This document shows positions 29,172 through 38,641 of a stretch of 64,000 nt of DNA, one piece after another (position 1 is the stretch's first letter; every line of letters starts with the position of its first letter). The DNA lies in the NCBI GenBank assembly GCA_949738465.1, contig CATJBQ010000110.1, forward strand, positions 22,608-86,607, read 5' to 3'. The notes beneath the pieces were generated by a model. That model was not told where the DNA came from and did no database searches. It was given only the letters and a program-made list of their open reading frames with translations. Made by a program: the position numbers and the translations under genes. This DNA is from an uncultured Lachnospiraceae bacterium (GTDB lineage: Bacteria; Bacillota; Clostridia; Lachnospirales; Lachnospiraceae).

Positions 29172-29816
29172 ATGGCGTTTGATTACAAGAAGGAATACAG
29201 GGAATTTTACATGCCCAAAAAGAAACCGGAGATTCTTCCTATCCCGCCCATGAATTTTATTGCGGTAAGGGGAAGCGGGGATCCCAACCAGGAGGGAGGC
29301 GCCTATCGGGAGTCCATCGGCCTGCTGTATGGAATTGCTTTTACCATAAAGATGAGTAAAATGGGTTCCCATAAGATGGAAGGGTATTTCGACTATGTGG
29401 TTCCGCCCCTGGAGGGCTTCTGGTGGCAGGAGGGCATCACGGGGATCGATTATAGCAGGAAGGACCTGTTCCGATGGATCTCGGTGATCCGCCTGCCGGA
29501 GTTTGTCACCGGGGAGGAATTTCATTGGGCCATTGCGGAGGCGTCCGCCAGGAAGAAAACCGATTTTTCCAAGGTGGAATTTCTGACCATAGAGGAGGGG
29601 CTGTGCGTCCAATGTATGCATGTGGGCCCCTATGACGACGAACCGGAGACGGTCCGGCGGATGGATGCGTATCTTAGGGAAAACGGATATGAGAACGACT
29701 TCTCGAAGGAGCGGCTGCACCATGAGATCTATCTGTCGGATGCCCGCAGAACAGATCCCCAGCGGCTGAAAACGGTGATCCGCCATCCCGTCAGAGCTCT
29801 TTCATCATGCGTGTAG
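29172..29816 (+). CDS. GyrI-like domain-containing protein (larger paralogue type)
   Basis: 214 aa: FDYKKEYREFYMPKKKPEILPIPPMNFIAVRGSGDPN...LEGFWW...HHEIYLSDARR. The start abuts the TfoX stop (TAGATG). Confidence 0.75.
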   Translation: MAFDYKKEYREFYMPKKKPEILPIPPMNFIAVRGSGDPNQEGGAYRESIGLLYGIAFTIKMSKMGSHKMEGYFDYVVPPLEGFWWQEGITGIDYSRKDLFRWISVIRLPEFVTGEEFHWAIAEASARKKTDFSKVEFLTIEEGLCVQCMHVGPYDDEPETVRRMDAYLRENGYENDFSKERLHHEIYLSDARRTDPQRLKTVIRHPVRALSSCV

Positions 29817-30510
29817 ACATCAGACAGGTTTCACCGTTGGTAAAATAGATGATCCGGTTTTTTGCGTCGATTTCTTTTATATTATTTTTATTTACCAGAA
29901 AGGACCGGTGGCAGCGTACAAAATTACCGTCCAATGTGCCTGCCAGCTCCTTTATGGTACCGGGGAATTCCATCTGGCGGTTCTTTGCATGGAGTATGAT
30001 TTTATGAATATTACCAGAGGTTTCAAAAAATAGTATATCATCATAATCCACGCTGATTTTCCGCCCGCCGGCCGCAAGGGTATAGACCTTATGGGTCCGG
30101 TTGGTGGTAAGGGTATAACGTTCCATTGATTTTAACAGGCATTCTCTGATTTTGACCTTTGCTTCGGCAGGGTTGTCCTTTAATACGAAGTCCATGGCTT
30201 CCACCCGGTACTGGAAGGTCATGTAGCTCAGTTCCGAATGGGCCGTTATGAATATGATAAAGCCGCGGGGGTCAGACAGGCGGATCTGCTGCGCCAGCTT
30301 CATTCCGTTCATGTTGCTGTTCAAGTCGATATCAAGGAAATAAACGCCTGTGTTCTGGCTGTTTTTGACCTTCTCCAGTAACGCGTAAGGGTCCTGGGTA
30401 TCGAAAATGAGCTGCATATCCAGATCTTCCATCAGTACAATATTTTGAATGGTCTGCACGATGGTCTTACGTTGTATGGGATTGTCCTCGCACACAAAGA
30501 TGTCTAGCAT
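29791..30510 (-). CDS. LytTR-family response regulator (AgrA-like)
   Basis: The receiver reads MLDIFVCEDNP...VYFLDIDL. The C-terminal LytTR domain reads ...ILFFETSGNIHKIILHAKNRQMEFPGTIKEL...FVRCHRSFLVN. AAGGAG precedes the ATG at 30510. Confidence 0.9.
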   Translation of the reverse strand: MLDIFVCEDNPIQRKTIVQTIQNIVLMEDLDMQLIFDTQDPYALLEKVKNSQNTGVYFLDIDLNSNMNGMKLAQQIRLSDPRGFIIFITAHSELSYMTFQYRVEAMDFVLKDNPAEAKVKIRECLLKSMERYTLTTNRTHKVYTLAAGGRKISVDYDDILFFETSGNIHKIILHAKNRQMEFPGTIKELAGTLDGNFVRCHRSFLVNKNNIKEIDAKNRIIYFTNGETCLMSTRMMKEL

Positions 30511-31811
30511 AGTCTGTACTCCTTTCTGTCGGTAAGCTCCATATGCTGTATGAAATAACCGCATTGCATCGTCGTTTCATGTAGCACATTGTCATAGGAG
30601 CTGATGATTTTCCGGGCGTTGGAAAGCCCGATTCCCGGGTGTCCCTCCTTCGTACTGAACCCCTTTTGCTTCAGCTTATGCAGCGCCACGCCGATATCCC
30701 GGAAGCGGTTGCGGATGATGATTGCCACGCCGGATTCATTGGGAAGGATGTTCAGACCGATCTGCGGCTGCCGGGTTTCCAGGGCGGCTTCCATGGCGTT
30801 GTCTAAAAAAATGCCCAGTATTCTGGCAAGGTCTACGGTGTCCATGGGAAAATGATCCACGCGGTCGGGAATATCAATGGTGACGTCGATACCGGAATCA
30901 TGGGCGTAGATCATTTTTGCGGAGAGCAGACTTTTGATTTCCAGCACACCGATGTTGCCAAGCTGATGCAGCTTATAATCCCCCTGGTCGATGAGATTCT
31001 TCGTGGGGAAGATTTTATTATCGAAAAATTCTTTCAATTGATCTATATCCCCATTTTCAATATAGCCGGACAGGGAGAGCAAAATATTGACATAGTCATG
31101 CTTAAAGGAGCGCAGGCTGTTATATAAGCCTTCCAGATTGTGGGCATAGTCCTGCAGATCCAGCAGAGCCTTCTGCTTTGCATCGGCCTGTACCTGTTCC
31201 AGATAAAAACGGCGCATGGCAAGAAACAGGAAAAGCATAACAAGCAGATACCCGGAAAGGTGCAGCGCATTGTTATAGATCATTTTGCCCAGGGATCCAT
31301 CCTGCCCTGAAATCAGATTATCGAACAGGTAGATGGTTATCAGCAGCAGCAACGCGGCGTCCAAAAGATACCAGGCCTGTGGAAGGCGTAAAATACCTTT
31401 GTGGGACAGTAATACTTTTTTGATCAGCCGGCCGCAGAACAGTGTGGCGAAATAAAATAGCAAGAGATGGACCGGCCTGCCGATATAGGGAAAATACGGC
31501 TGGTCCGACAATGCCAGAGGAACCGCCATATGCAGAAAAACGGATAATAAATTATCTACAATGACGGTGAGCACAATTCCAATCATGGCCATGCAGACAT
31601 TCTGGTATGCGGTATCGCGGTCAATAACCAATCCATAAATACAGGCTGCCACCAGAATCCCGAACAGGCCGTATGGGATACAGCCTAAGAGTGTCACAGG
31701 CATTCCGGCAAGCAGTAACAGCACATAAAGGGCGGCAAACGCCTTTGGGCCCATGCGCCGGGGCCATACATTACGGATGGCAAGGGAAAGCTGAAAAAAA
31801 GACAGCAGCAT
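30504..31811 (-). CDS. AgrC-like multi-TM GHKL sensor histidine kinase
   Basis: Six to seven N-terminal TMs, H-box RSFKHDYVNIL, N-box GIFLDNAMEA and G-box GHPGIGLSNARKI. The stop abuts the regulator start. Confidence 0.8.
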   Translation of the reverse strand: MLLSFFQLSLAIRNVWPRRMGPKAFAALYVLLLLAGMPVTLLGCIPYGLFGILVAACIYGLVIDRDTAYQNVCMAMIGIVLTVIVDNLLSVFLHMAVPLALSDQPYFPYIGRPVHLLLFYFATLFCGRLIKKVLLSHKGILRLPQAWYLLDAALLLLITIYLFDNLISGQDGSLGKMIYNNALHLSGYLLVMLFLFLAMRRFYLEQVQADAKQKALLDLQDYAHNLEGLYNSLRSFKHDYVNILLSLSGYIENGDIDQLKEFFDNKIFPTKNLIDQGDYKLHQLGNIGVLEIKSLLSAKMIYAHDSGIDVTIDIPDRVDHFPMDTVDLARILGIFLDNAMEAALETRQPQIGLNILPNESGVAIIIRNRFRDIGVALHKLKQKGFSTKEGHPGIGLSNARKIISSYDNVLHETTMQCGYFIQHMELTDRKEYRLC

Positions 31812-32087
31812 TACAAGCGATCTCTCCTTTCGGGATTTACATTTCAGGCAAGAAGCTTTAAATAAAACGTCAAATAAATCTGCCGTTTTCTATCATTATA
31901 TGGTATGTGCTTTCCCCTTGCAAGCACTGTTCTGCAAAAATGAGGAATAAATGTGTAATTAACAGGAAAAAATCGGCGCTTACTTTCGGAAATGAGCATT
32001 TTGTGACGGTTTTGGGAGAATGGCAGCATTTTTTGCTATACTATCCTGCGGAAAAGAAATATTTATTTTGGAAGGAGAATGGAAGTT

Positions 32088-32261
32088 ATGAAACAATTTG
32101 TTAAGGGAGCTGCTGTAACGGTAGTTGTGCTGATTGTATTGATTGCAATCAATGTCGTCGGGAATCTCAATGGCATAAACCTGGATGGGATCTCCAACAG
32201 CGCAGTGATGGCGCTTTGCGCAATATTGATCTATAAGGGCCTGACGGAGAATAAAAAATAA
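32088..32261 (+). CDS. small (57 aa) two-TM hydrophobic protein, divergent from the AgrCA-like operon
   Basis: MKQFVKGAAVTVVVLIVLIAINVVGNLNGINLDGISNSAVMALCAILIYKGLTENKK. GGAAGGAG lies ~10 nt upstream. No homology recognised. Confidence 0.35.
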   Translation: MKQFVKGAAVTVVVLIVLIAINVVGNLNGINLDGISNSAVMALCAILIYKGLTENKK

Positions 32262-32270
32262 GGAAAACCA

Positions 32271-32593
32271 TTGACAAAGAAAAGGCAGGATGTTACACTA
32301 GGAATAACTTTAGTTTGCAGAGAGGGGTGAAAGGATGAGAATATAATTTACTTTTGATTGCATGAAACCTTTGCAGTATGGAAGAAGAATCCCATACTGT
32401 CTGATCATGTTGCCAAAAGTGGATTATGTTCTCATAACCTCTCTTTTTTGTGCGTGAAAATATTGCCGGAGCTGGCGGAATTGTGTCCTTCGGAGGATGA
32501 GGTTATATGGAACGGAACTGTTTGGCAGCGGGCGGTTTCTTTTTTTATGCGCAAAATACAGCGCAATAAGAAGTATGAAAAGGAGTGAGCGAT
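32271..32593 (+). promoter_or_regulatory. promoter and ~290-nt structured leader (candidate attenuator) of the ABC-F gene
   Basis: TTGACA-17-TACACT at 32271-32299. A long-range stem pairs gagagg...atgagaa (32320-32341) with ttctcat..cctctc (32429-32443) and is followed by T6. An inner hairpin cagtatgg/ccatactg lies at 32374-32399. A second T-run follows ...gcggtttc at ~32546-32558. Confidence 0.45.
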
Positions 32594-34120
32594 ATGGCAC
32601 AGATCCGTGTAAATAATCTTACGTTTTCTTATGAAGGCAGCTTTGACAATATCTTTGAACAGGTATCCTTTTCGGTGGATACGAACTGGAAGCTGGGGCT
32701 GATCGGGCGGAACGGCAAGGGAAAAACCACATTTTTAAAGCTTTTGCTGGGAAATTATGACTACCAGGGCTCCATCGATACCGTGGCAGCCTTTGACTAT
32801 TTTCCTTACCACGTCACGGAAGATCAGATGGAGCGGCCCGCAGGCGAATTTTTAGAGGAGCTGAAGGCGGGGTGCGAGGAATGGCGGGTGATCTGCGAGC
32901 TGGGCCAGTTGGACGAGGACGCGCAGCTTCTCTACCGGCCCTTTAAGACCCTGAGCTTCGGGGAGCAGACCAAGGTGCTTCTGGCAGTATTGTTTTCCGG
33001 TGAAAACGATTTCCTGCTGATCGACGACCCCACCATCCACCTAGCCGGGGCGGCCAGGGAGCAGGTGAAGGAATATCTGGCGTCCAAGAAGGGATTTCTT
33101 CTGGTGTCCCATGACCGGGACCTGCTGGACGCCTGCGTGGACCATGTGCTGGTGCTGAACCGGCAGACCATCGAGGTGCAGGCCGGGAATTTTTCAAGCT
33201 GGTGGGAAAATAAGCAGCGGAAGGACCAGTTCGTCCAGGCAGAGAACGAAAAGCATCTGCGGGAGATTCAGAAGCTTAGGAAGGCGGCGGCCCGTTCGTC
33301 CGCCTGGGCCGATAAAAATGAAAGCATGAAGATCGGCTTTGATCCCACCAAGGAGCATGACCGGTTTCTGGGAACCAGAGCCTATATCGGCGCGAAAACA
33401 AAAAAGATGCAGAGCCGGGTAAAGCAGATGGCGAAGCGGATCGACCGCGAGATCGAGGAAAAGGAAGGGCTTCTTCAGGATCTGGAAAAGGAGGTGGATC
33501 TGCGGCTGGTGAACTTAAAGCACCGCAAGGAGGTGCTGGTAAACGCCAGGGATTTCAGCGTGCGCTACACGTCCGCCCAGAGTCCGGTTTTTACCGGGCT
33601 GACCTTTGAGATCCGCCAGGGCGGGCGGATTGCCCTTCATGGAAAAAACGGGTGCGGAAAATCAACGCTGATCAAAATAATCTTAGAGGCGGCAGGCTTC
33701 CCGGGGCCCCGGCTGGAGTTGGAAACAGAAGGGCTTTTCGAAACGGCGTCGGGGCTTGTCATTTCCTACGTCAGCCAGGATACCTCGGGCCTTCGGGGGA
33801 GCATCCCCCAATTTTGTGAGCGGCAGGGCCTGGACCGGAGCCTGTTCTGCACCCTGCTGCGGCAGTTGGATTTTGACCGGGTGCAGTTCGTAAAAAACAT
33901 GGAGCAGTATTCGGAGGGCCAGAAGAAAAAGGTGCTGCTGGCGGCAAGCCTGCTGACGCCGGCCCATCTCTATATCTGGGATGAGCCATTCAATTACATC
34001 GACGTATTTTCCAGGATGCAGATTGAAAAGCTTCTGTTGCAGTATGAGCCCACGATCCTGTTTGTGGAGCATGACGTCCGGTTCCGGGAGAAGGTGGCTA
34101 CCAGTGTGATTCCACTATGA
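32594..34120 (+). CDS. Lsa-family ABC-F (ARE-type ribosomal protection) protein
   Basis: Two nucleotide-binding domains with no TMs. MAQIRVNNLTFSYEG...VDTNWKLGLIGRNGKGKTTFLKLLLGNYDYQG closely parallels the Lsa N-terminus as I remember it. There is a Lys/Glu-rich interdomain linker, and NBD2 carries GKNGCGKST ... YIWDEPFNYID. Confidence 0.85.
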   Translation: MAQIRVNNLTFSYEGSFDNIFEQVSFSVDTNWKLGLIGRNGKGKTTFLKLLLGNYDYQGSIDTVAAFDYFPYHVTEDQMERPAGEFLEELKAGCEEWRVICELGQLDEDAQLLYRPFKTLSFGEQTKVLLAVLFSGENDFLLIDDPTIHLAGAAREQVKEYLASKKGFLLVSHDRDLLDACVDHVLVLNRQTIEVQAGNFSSWWENKQRKDQFVQAENEKHLREIQKLRKAAARSSAWADKNESMKIGFDPTKEHDRFLGTRAYIGAKTKKMQSRVKQMAKRIDREIEEKEGLLQDLEKEVDLRLVNLKHRKEVLVNARDFSVRYTSAQSPVFTGLTFEIRQGGRIALHGKNGCGKSTLIKIILEAAGFPGPRLELETEGLFETASGLVISYVSQDTSGLRGSIPQFCERQGLDRSLFCTLLRQLDFDRVQFVKNMEQYSEGQKKKVLLAASLLTPAHLYIWDEPFNYIDVFSRMQIEKLLLQYEPTILFVEHDVRFREKVATSVIPL

Positions 34121-34237
34121 TACTAAAATTAATTTACAATATAACAAGAAAGTATGAATTGCAAAGTATTTTTAAAAGTGCTACAATTGATGTTAGGATT
34201 ATCTGCTCTTTGCAGGCAGAAGGAGAGGAGCGAAGCA

Positions 34238-34615
34238 ATGTTCGATATGATACATCATATTGCGGTAATCGGGAAGGATTATGAGGCGTCGAAGCACTTT
34301 TATGTGGACAAGCTTGGTTTTACGGTGATCCGGGAGAATTACCGCAGGGAGCGGGACGATTATAAGATCGACCTGGCCTGCGGGCAGCAGGAGATCGAGC
34401 TTTTTATTATCAAGGATTCCCCGGCCCGGGCCAGCTACCCGGAGGCGTCGGGCCTCCGCCACCTGGCTTTTAGGGTGGACAGCGTGGAGGAGACGGTGAA
34501 GGAATTGAATGCCAGGGGGATCCGGACGGAGCCGGTACGACTGGATGATTATACCGGAAAAAAGATGACTTTTTTCCAGGATCCGGACGGTCTGCCGCTG
34601 GAGATACACGAATAG
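34238..34615 (+). CDS. VOC/glyoxalase-family protein
   Basis: Contains IHHIAVIGKDYEASKHFYVDKLGF...GLRHLAFRVDSVEETVKELNARGI...FFQDPDGLPLEIHE. Confidence 0.85.
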   Translation: MFDMIHHIAVIGKDYEASKHFYVDKLGFTVIRENYRRERDDYKIDLACGQQEIELFIIKDSPARASYPEASGLRHLAFRVDSVEETVKELNARGIRTEPVRLDDYTGKKMTFFQDPDGLPLEIHE

Positions 34616-34636
34616 TTTTTTAGGGGAGTGGGATGG

Positions 34637-36769
34637 ATGAGTACAACAATGGATAAGGTATTTGTGGAGGGGATTTATGCGGGATGGCTGGCCAAGATCA
34701 TCGGGATCCGGCTGGGAGCGCCGGTGGAGGGCTGGAGCAGCCAGCAGATTAAGGATGTGTACGGAAGGCAGAAGGGCTATCTGGTGGATTATCGGGATTT
34801 TGCGGCGGACGACGACAGCAACGGCCCGATTTTCCTGTTGCGGGCCTTAGAGGACAGCGGCAGATGGGGGGAACTGACGGCCCAGGATGTGGCGGACGCC
34901 CTGCTGAATTATGCGCCCTATGAGCATGGATTTTTCTGGTGGGGCGGCTATGGAGTATCCACGGAGCACACGGCCTACCTGAATCTGTGGAATGGAATCC
35001 CGGCGCCTCAAAGCGGGAGTATCGAGCAAAACGGAGCTGTGATAGCCCAGCAGATCGGCGGACAGATTTTCATTGATACCTGGGGGCTGGTTTCGCCGGG
35101 GAATCCGGATCTGGCGGCGTCCTTAGCCCGCAGGGCGGCCAGCGTCACCCACGATGGAGAAGGCGTTTACGGCGGGATTTTTGTAGCGGTCTGCATCAGC
35201 TATGCCTTTGTGGAGCATGATATCTGCCGGATCCTGGAGAAGGGCTTAAGCTATCTGCCCGAGGACTGCGAGTACGCCAGGGTTGTGCGCACGGTGATGG
35301 CGTTTCACGCCAAGCATCCCAAGTCCTGGGAGGGCTGCTACCGTTATATTCATAACAATTATGGCTATGACAAATATCCGGGGGTCTGCCATATCATTCC
35401 CAATATTGCGGTGATGATTCTTGCCCTGCTGTATGGGGAGGGCGATTTTTCGGATACGCTCCATATCTGCAACTGGTGCGGCTGGGATACGGACTGCAAC
35501 GTGGGAAATGTGGCTGCCATACTGGGTGTGCGCAATGGCCTGGATGGGATCGATTACAACACCTGGAGGCGGCCGGTCAACGACTTTCTGGCCTGTTCCG
35601 GCGTTCTGGGATCTTTGAACTGTATGGACATTCCCTATGGCGCCCTCTATATCGCCAGGGCGGCGGCAAAGCTGGCGGGCCAGGAGCTGCCGGAGCCTTT
35701 TGCAGGATTGGCAGAAAACGGGATGGACAGTTGTCATTTTGAGTATCCCGGATCTACCCATGCCATGCGGATCCGGCGTGAGGAGGGCAGATGCCAGGAG
35801 TGCCGGATGGAAAATACCAGCGAGTCGGCGGATACGGGAGAGCGCTCGCTGAAGGTAAGCGTGGGAGCCGTAAGCCCCGGAGAGAAGATTTTTGTATACA
35901 GGAAGACGTATTATCGTCCCAGGGATTTTCACGACAGCAGATATGATCCATCCTTTTCTCCGGTGGTCTATCCGGGGCAGACGGTCCATGGGAGTGTGAT
36001 GGTTCCGGAATATAGCGAAGGGCTGACGGCTTGTCTCTATGTACGGGAGCTGCGCACCGGGAAGCTTTATCTGGGCGAGGCTCTGACGCTGGAGAAGGGC
36101 GTCTGGCAGTCCCTGGAGTATCAGATTCCGCCACTGGAGGGGGCTGTGATCGATGAGATGGGGGTCTGCTTCTGGAGTGGCGGCGCGGGAACGGCAGTTT
36201 TGCTTCTGGATAACCTGTCCGCTTCCGGAACGGCGTCGTATTCCATTGAATTTGCAAGGGAAAATGAGGAGGTCTGGAATCCGCTGCATACGGAGATCAG
36301 CCAGTTTACCAGGCTGCGGGGCTTAGCTTATCTGGAAGGCGGCAGGCTGCATTTGTCCTGCGCCGATTCCGGGGAGGTTTATACCGGACGCCATGACTGG
36401 AGGGACTATCAGACGGAGTTCTGGCTGACGCCCGTTGCGGGGGCGTCCCACCGGGTACTGATCCGGGTCCAGGGGGCGATGCGCTGCTACGCGGCGGGAT
36501 TTGAAAAGGACGGGAGGCTCTGCCTCTATAAAAAGGAGAAGACGTACCGCCGGCTGGCGGAGTGTGAATTTTGCTGGAATATGGGGGAAGAGTACCGGAT
36601 CCTGCTGTCCGCGCAGGAAGGGCGGATTACGGTCAGTGTCAATGGAAGCCGTCTCCTGGCCTTTGAGGATCGGGAGAATCCCTATCTGGAAGGGGCTGCG
36701 GGGATTGCGGTGGAGGATGGAAGCCATTGCTGCTGCCGGAGGATTATTGTCTTGGAAACCGGAAAGTGA
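34637..36769 (+). CDS. ADP-ribosylglycohydrolase-family domain fused to a ~370-aa beta-rich C-terminal extension
   Basis: The N-terminal ~340 aa carry ARH-family motifs (GAPVEGWS...DDDSNGP...GWDTDCNVGNVAAILG). The C-terminal half is jelly-roll/LamG-like by composition only. The start is ambiguous (34628/34637/34649). Confidence 0.7.
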   Translation: MSTTMDKVFVEGIYAGWLAKIIGIRLGAPVEGWSSQQIKDVYGRQKGYLVDYRDFAADDDSNGPIFLLRALEDSGRWGELTAQDVADALLNYAPYEHGFFWWGGYGVSTEHTAYLNLWNGIPAPQSGSIEQNGAVIAQQIGGQIFIDTWGLVSPGNPDLAASLARRAASVTHDGEGVYGGIFVAVCISYAFVEHDICRILEKGLSYLPEDCEYARVVRTVMAFHAKHPKSWEGCYRYIHNNYGYDKYPGVCHIIPNIAVMILALLYGEGDFSDTLHICNWCGWDTDCNVGNVAAILGVRNGLDGIDYNTWRRPVNDFLACSGVLGSLNCMDIPYGALYIARAAAKLAGQELPEPFAGLAENGMDSCHFEYPGSTHAMRIRREEGRCQECRMENTSESADTGERSLKVSVGAVSPGEKIFVYRKTYYRPRDFHDSRYDPSFSPVVYPGQTVHGSVMVPEYSEGLTACLYVRELRTGKLYLGEALTLEKGVWQSLEYQIPPLEGAVIDEMGVCFWSGGAGTAVLLLDNLSASGTASYSIEFARENEEVWNPLHTEISQFTRLRGLAYLEGGRLHLSCADSGEVYTGRHDWRDYQTEFWLTPVAGASHRVLIRVQGAMRCYAAGFEKDGRLCLYKKEKTYRRLAECEFCWNMGEEYRILLSAQEGRITVSVNGSRLLAFEDRENPYLEGAAGIAVEDGSHCCCRRIIVLETGK

Positions 36770-36846
36770 GACAATGGGATGGAAAACATATAGGAAAAAA
36801 GTATTGACACATAGCGCAATCATGATAAAATACAGGAGAGAAATCT

Positions 36847-38628
36847 ATGAAAGAAAGGAAGACGATACAGATGGAGGATGGAACAGGAACTCGAAATAGC
36901 CGGGCGGAGCTGGGAATATCTGCCCTTGGGTCGATCCGGGTGAGAATTATTTTTATTGCAATGCTGGCAATTGTAACAGTAAGCATTACACAGATTATCA
37001 TTTTCGGTTCCCAGTCAAGAACGCAGTTCAAGGATATGGTGATCTGTTATATGGAGGATATCGCGGATTCCTACCAGAAGACCATGAATATCCGGATCGC
37101 AGATCTGGAAAAAGAGGGAGCGCAGGCGGATACAGCTTTCTGGGAGGAGATGGTAGGCGGCCTGGATATTATGGATATGGAGGGCTCCTATGCATACATT
37201 GTGGATCGGGACGGAATCATGTGCTACCACCCCACGGCGGAGAAGATCGGAACGCCGGTGGAGAATGAGGCGGTTAAGGAGGCGGCGGCCCAGATCCAGA
37301 AGGGGAATATTCCCAAAGGAACATCGTCCATCCGGTATGATTACCAAGGGGCGCGTAAGTATGCCGCCTACAGCGTGACGGAGGACGGCTCCTATATTTT
37401 TGTGATAACGGCCGATGAGAATACGGCTTTGAAGTCTTCCAATGAAAATATGAAATCCTCTGATGAGATTGTACTCAGCTCTATTTTGTGGGGCAGCATT
37501 GTCATGGTAGTCTGCATGGTGATCGTGTTTTTCATCTGCGATATCATTGTCCGGCCCTTGCGGCGGATTGCGGAGCTTGCCATGAAGTTTGCGGGTCTGG
37601 ATTTCAGGGAAGACGGCAGCCAGAAGAAACTGAGTGTGAAGAAGGACGAGACCGGCGCCATCAGCCGGGCGGTGGATACGCTCCGCGGCCACTTGAGCGG
37701 AGTGATCGGTCAGATTGAGGGGCATAGCAGCACGGTGATGGAGACTTCTCATGTCTTGAATGAGGAGGCGGATCTGATTTTTGATGCGGTTAAGCAGATC
37801 GAACAGTCCGTGCAGGAGATGGCCAACAGTTCTACGGCCCAGGCCCAGGAGACCCAGAGCGTTATGGAGAATGTGGTTCTCATGGGAAGCATGATTGAAG
37901 AAAATAATGCGCAGATGGACGAATTACATAAAACAGCGGAGGCAATGTATAATGCCAGCGAGGTGGCCGCTGCGACCTTGACCGCAATGGATACAGTAAA
38001 TAAAAAAGCCCAGGAGGCCATTGACCTGATTTATGAGCAGACCAATACAACCAACGAGTCGGCCGTCAAGATCAAGGAGGCCACGGCGCTGATTACATCC
38101 ATTGCGGAACAGACCAACCTGTTGTCGCTGAACGCTTCCATCGAGGCGGCCAGGGCAGGCGAGCAGGGGCGCGGTTTCGCCGTTGTGGCAGGACAGATTC
38201 AGAAGCTGGCAGAGGAATCCAATGAATCGGCCAAGCAGATCGGAGAGATCATTGCGCATCTGATGGAGGATTCGGAGAAAGCGGTCCAGACCATGGATGA
38301 GGTGAAGAAGGTCATGGCGGAGCAGAATGAGAATCTGGGAAAAACGAGCGGCAAGTTTGCGGAGATGCATGGCGGTGTGGAGAAGACCATGGAAGGCATC
38401 CGGAGCATTGCCGGAAAGATGGAGAAGGTGGACGCTACCCGGACGGATGTGGTGGATATCGTGCAGAATCTGACGGCCATTGCCCAGGAGAATGCGGCCG
38501 GAACCCAGGAGGTATCCGCTTCTGTGACGGAGATGGGAGAGCATATGTCCCGCATCGTGGAGAATTCGGAGGAATTGCGGAACATCGCCGATGGGATGCA
38601 GTCCGAAGTAGAGGTTTTTGTCCTGTAG
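36847..38628 (+). CDS. methyl-accepting chemotaxis protein with a Cache-type sensor
   Basis: Architecture is TM, ~190-aa periplasmic domain, TM, HAMP. The conserved signalling hairpin reads [43 protein letters not shown]. Confidence 0.9.
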   Translation: MKERKTIQMEDGTGTRNSRAELGISALGSIRVRIIFIAMLAIVTVSITQIIIFGSQSRTQFKDMVICYMEDIADSYQKTMNIRIADLEKEGAQADTAFWEEMVGGLDIMDMEGSYAYIVDRDGIMCYHPTAEKIGTPVENEAVKEAAAQIQKGNIPKGTSSIRYDYQGARKYAAYSVTEDGSYIFVITADENTALKSSNENMKSSDEIVLSSILWGSIVMVVCMVIVFFICDIIVRPLRRIAELAMKFAGLDFREDGSQKKLSVKKDETGAISRAVDTLRGHLSGVIGQIEGHSSTVMETSHVLNEEADLIFDAVKQIEQSVQEMANSSTAQAQETQSVMENVVLMGSMIEENNAQMDELHKTAEAMYNASEVAAATLTAMDTVNKKAQEAIDLIYEQTNTTNESAVKIKEATALITSIAEQTNLLSLNASIEAARAGEQGRGFAVVAGQIQKLAEESNESAKQIGEIIAHLMEDSEKAVQTMDEVKKVMAEQNENLGKTSGKFAEMHGGVEKTMEGIRSIAGKMEKVDATRTDVVDIVQNLTAIAQENAAGTQEVSASVTEMGEHMSRIVENSEELRNIADGMQSEVEVFVL

Positions 38629-38641
38629 GCCAAGGTATGGT

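Noticed and set aside
31812-32078. An AgrD-like autoinducer propeptide or AgrB gene next to the AgrCA-like operon, including the 61-aa minus ORF at 31844-32029.
   Set aside because: The minus ORF has no SD, no amphipathic leader or Cys/Ser-containing AIP-like core, and no AgrB-like multi-TM protein is nearby.
32358-32588. 76-aa ORF upstream of the ABC-F gene.
   Set aside because: It has no SD, it spans the predicted terminator hairpins of the leader, and its sequence is not protein-like. I interpret it as non-coding leader RNA.
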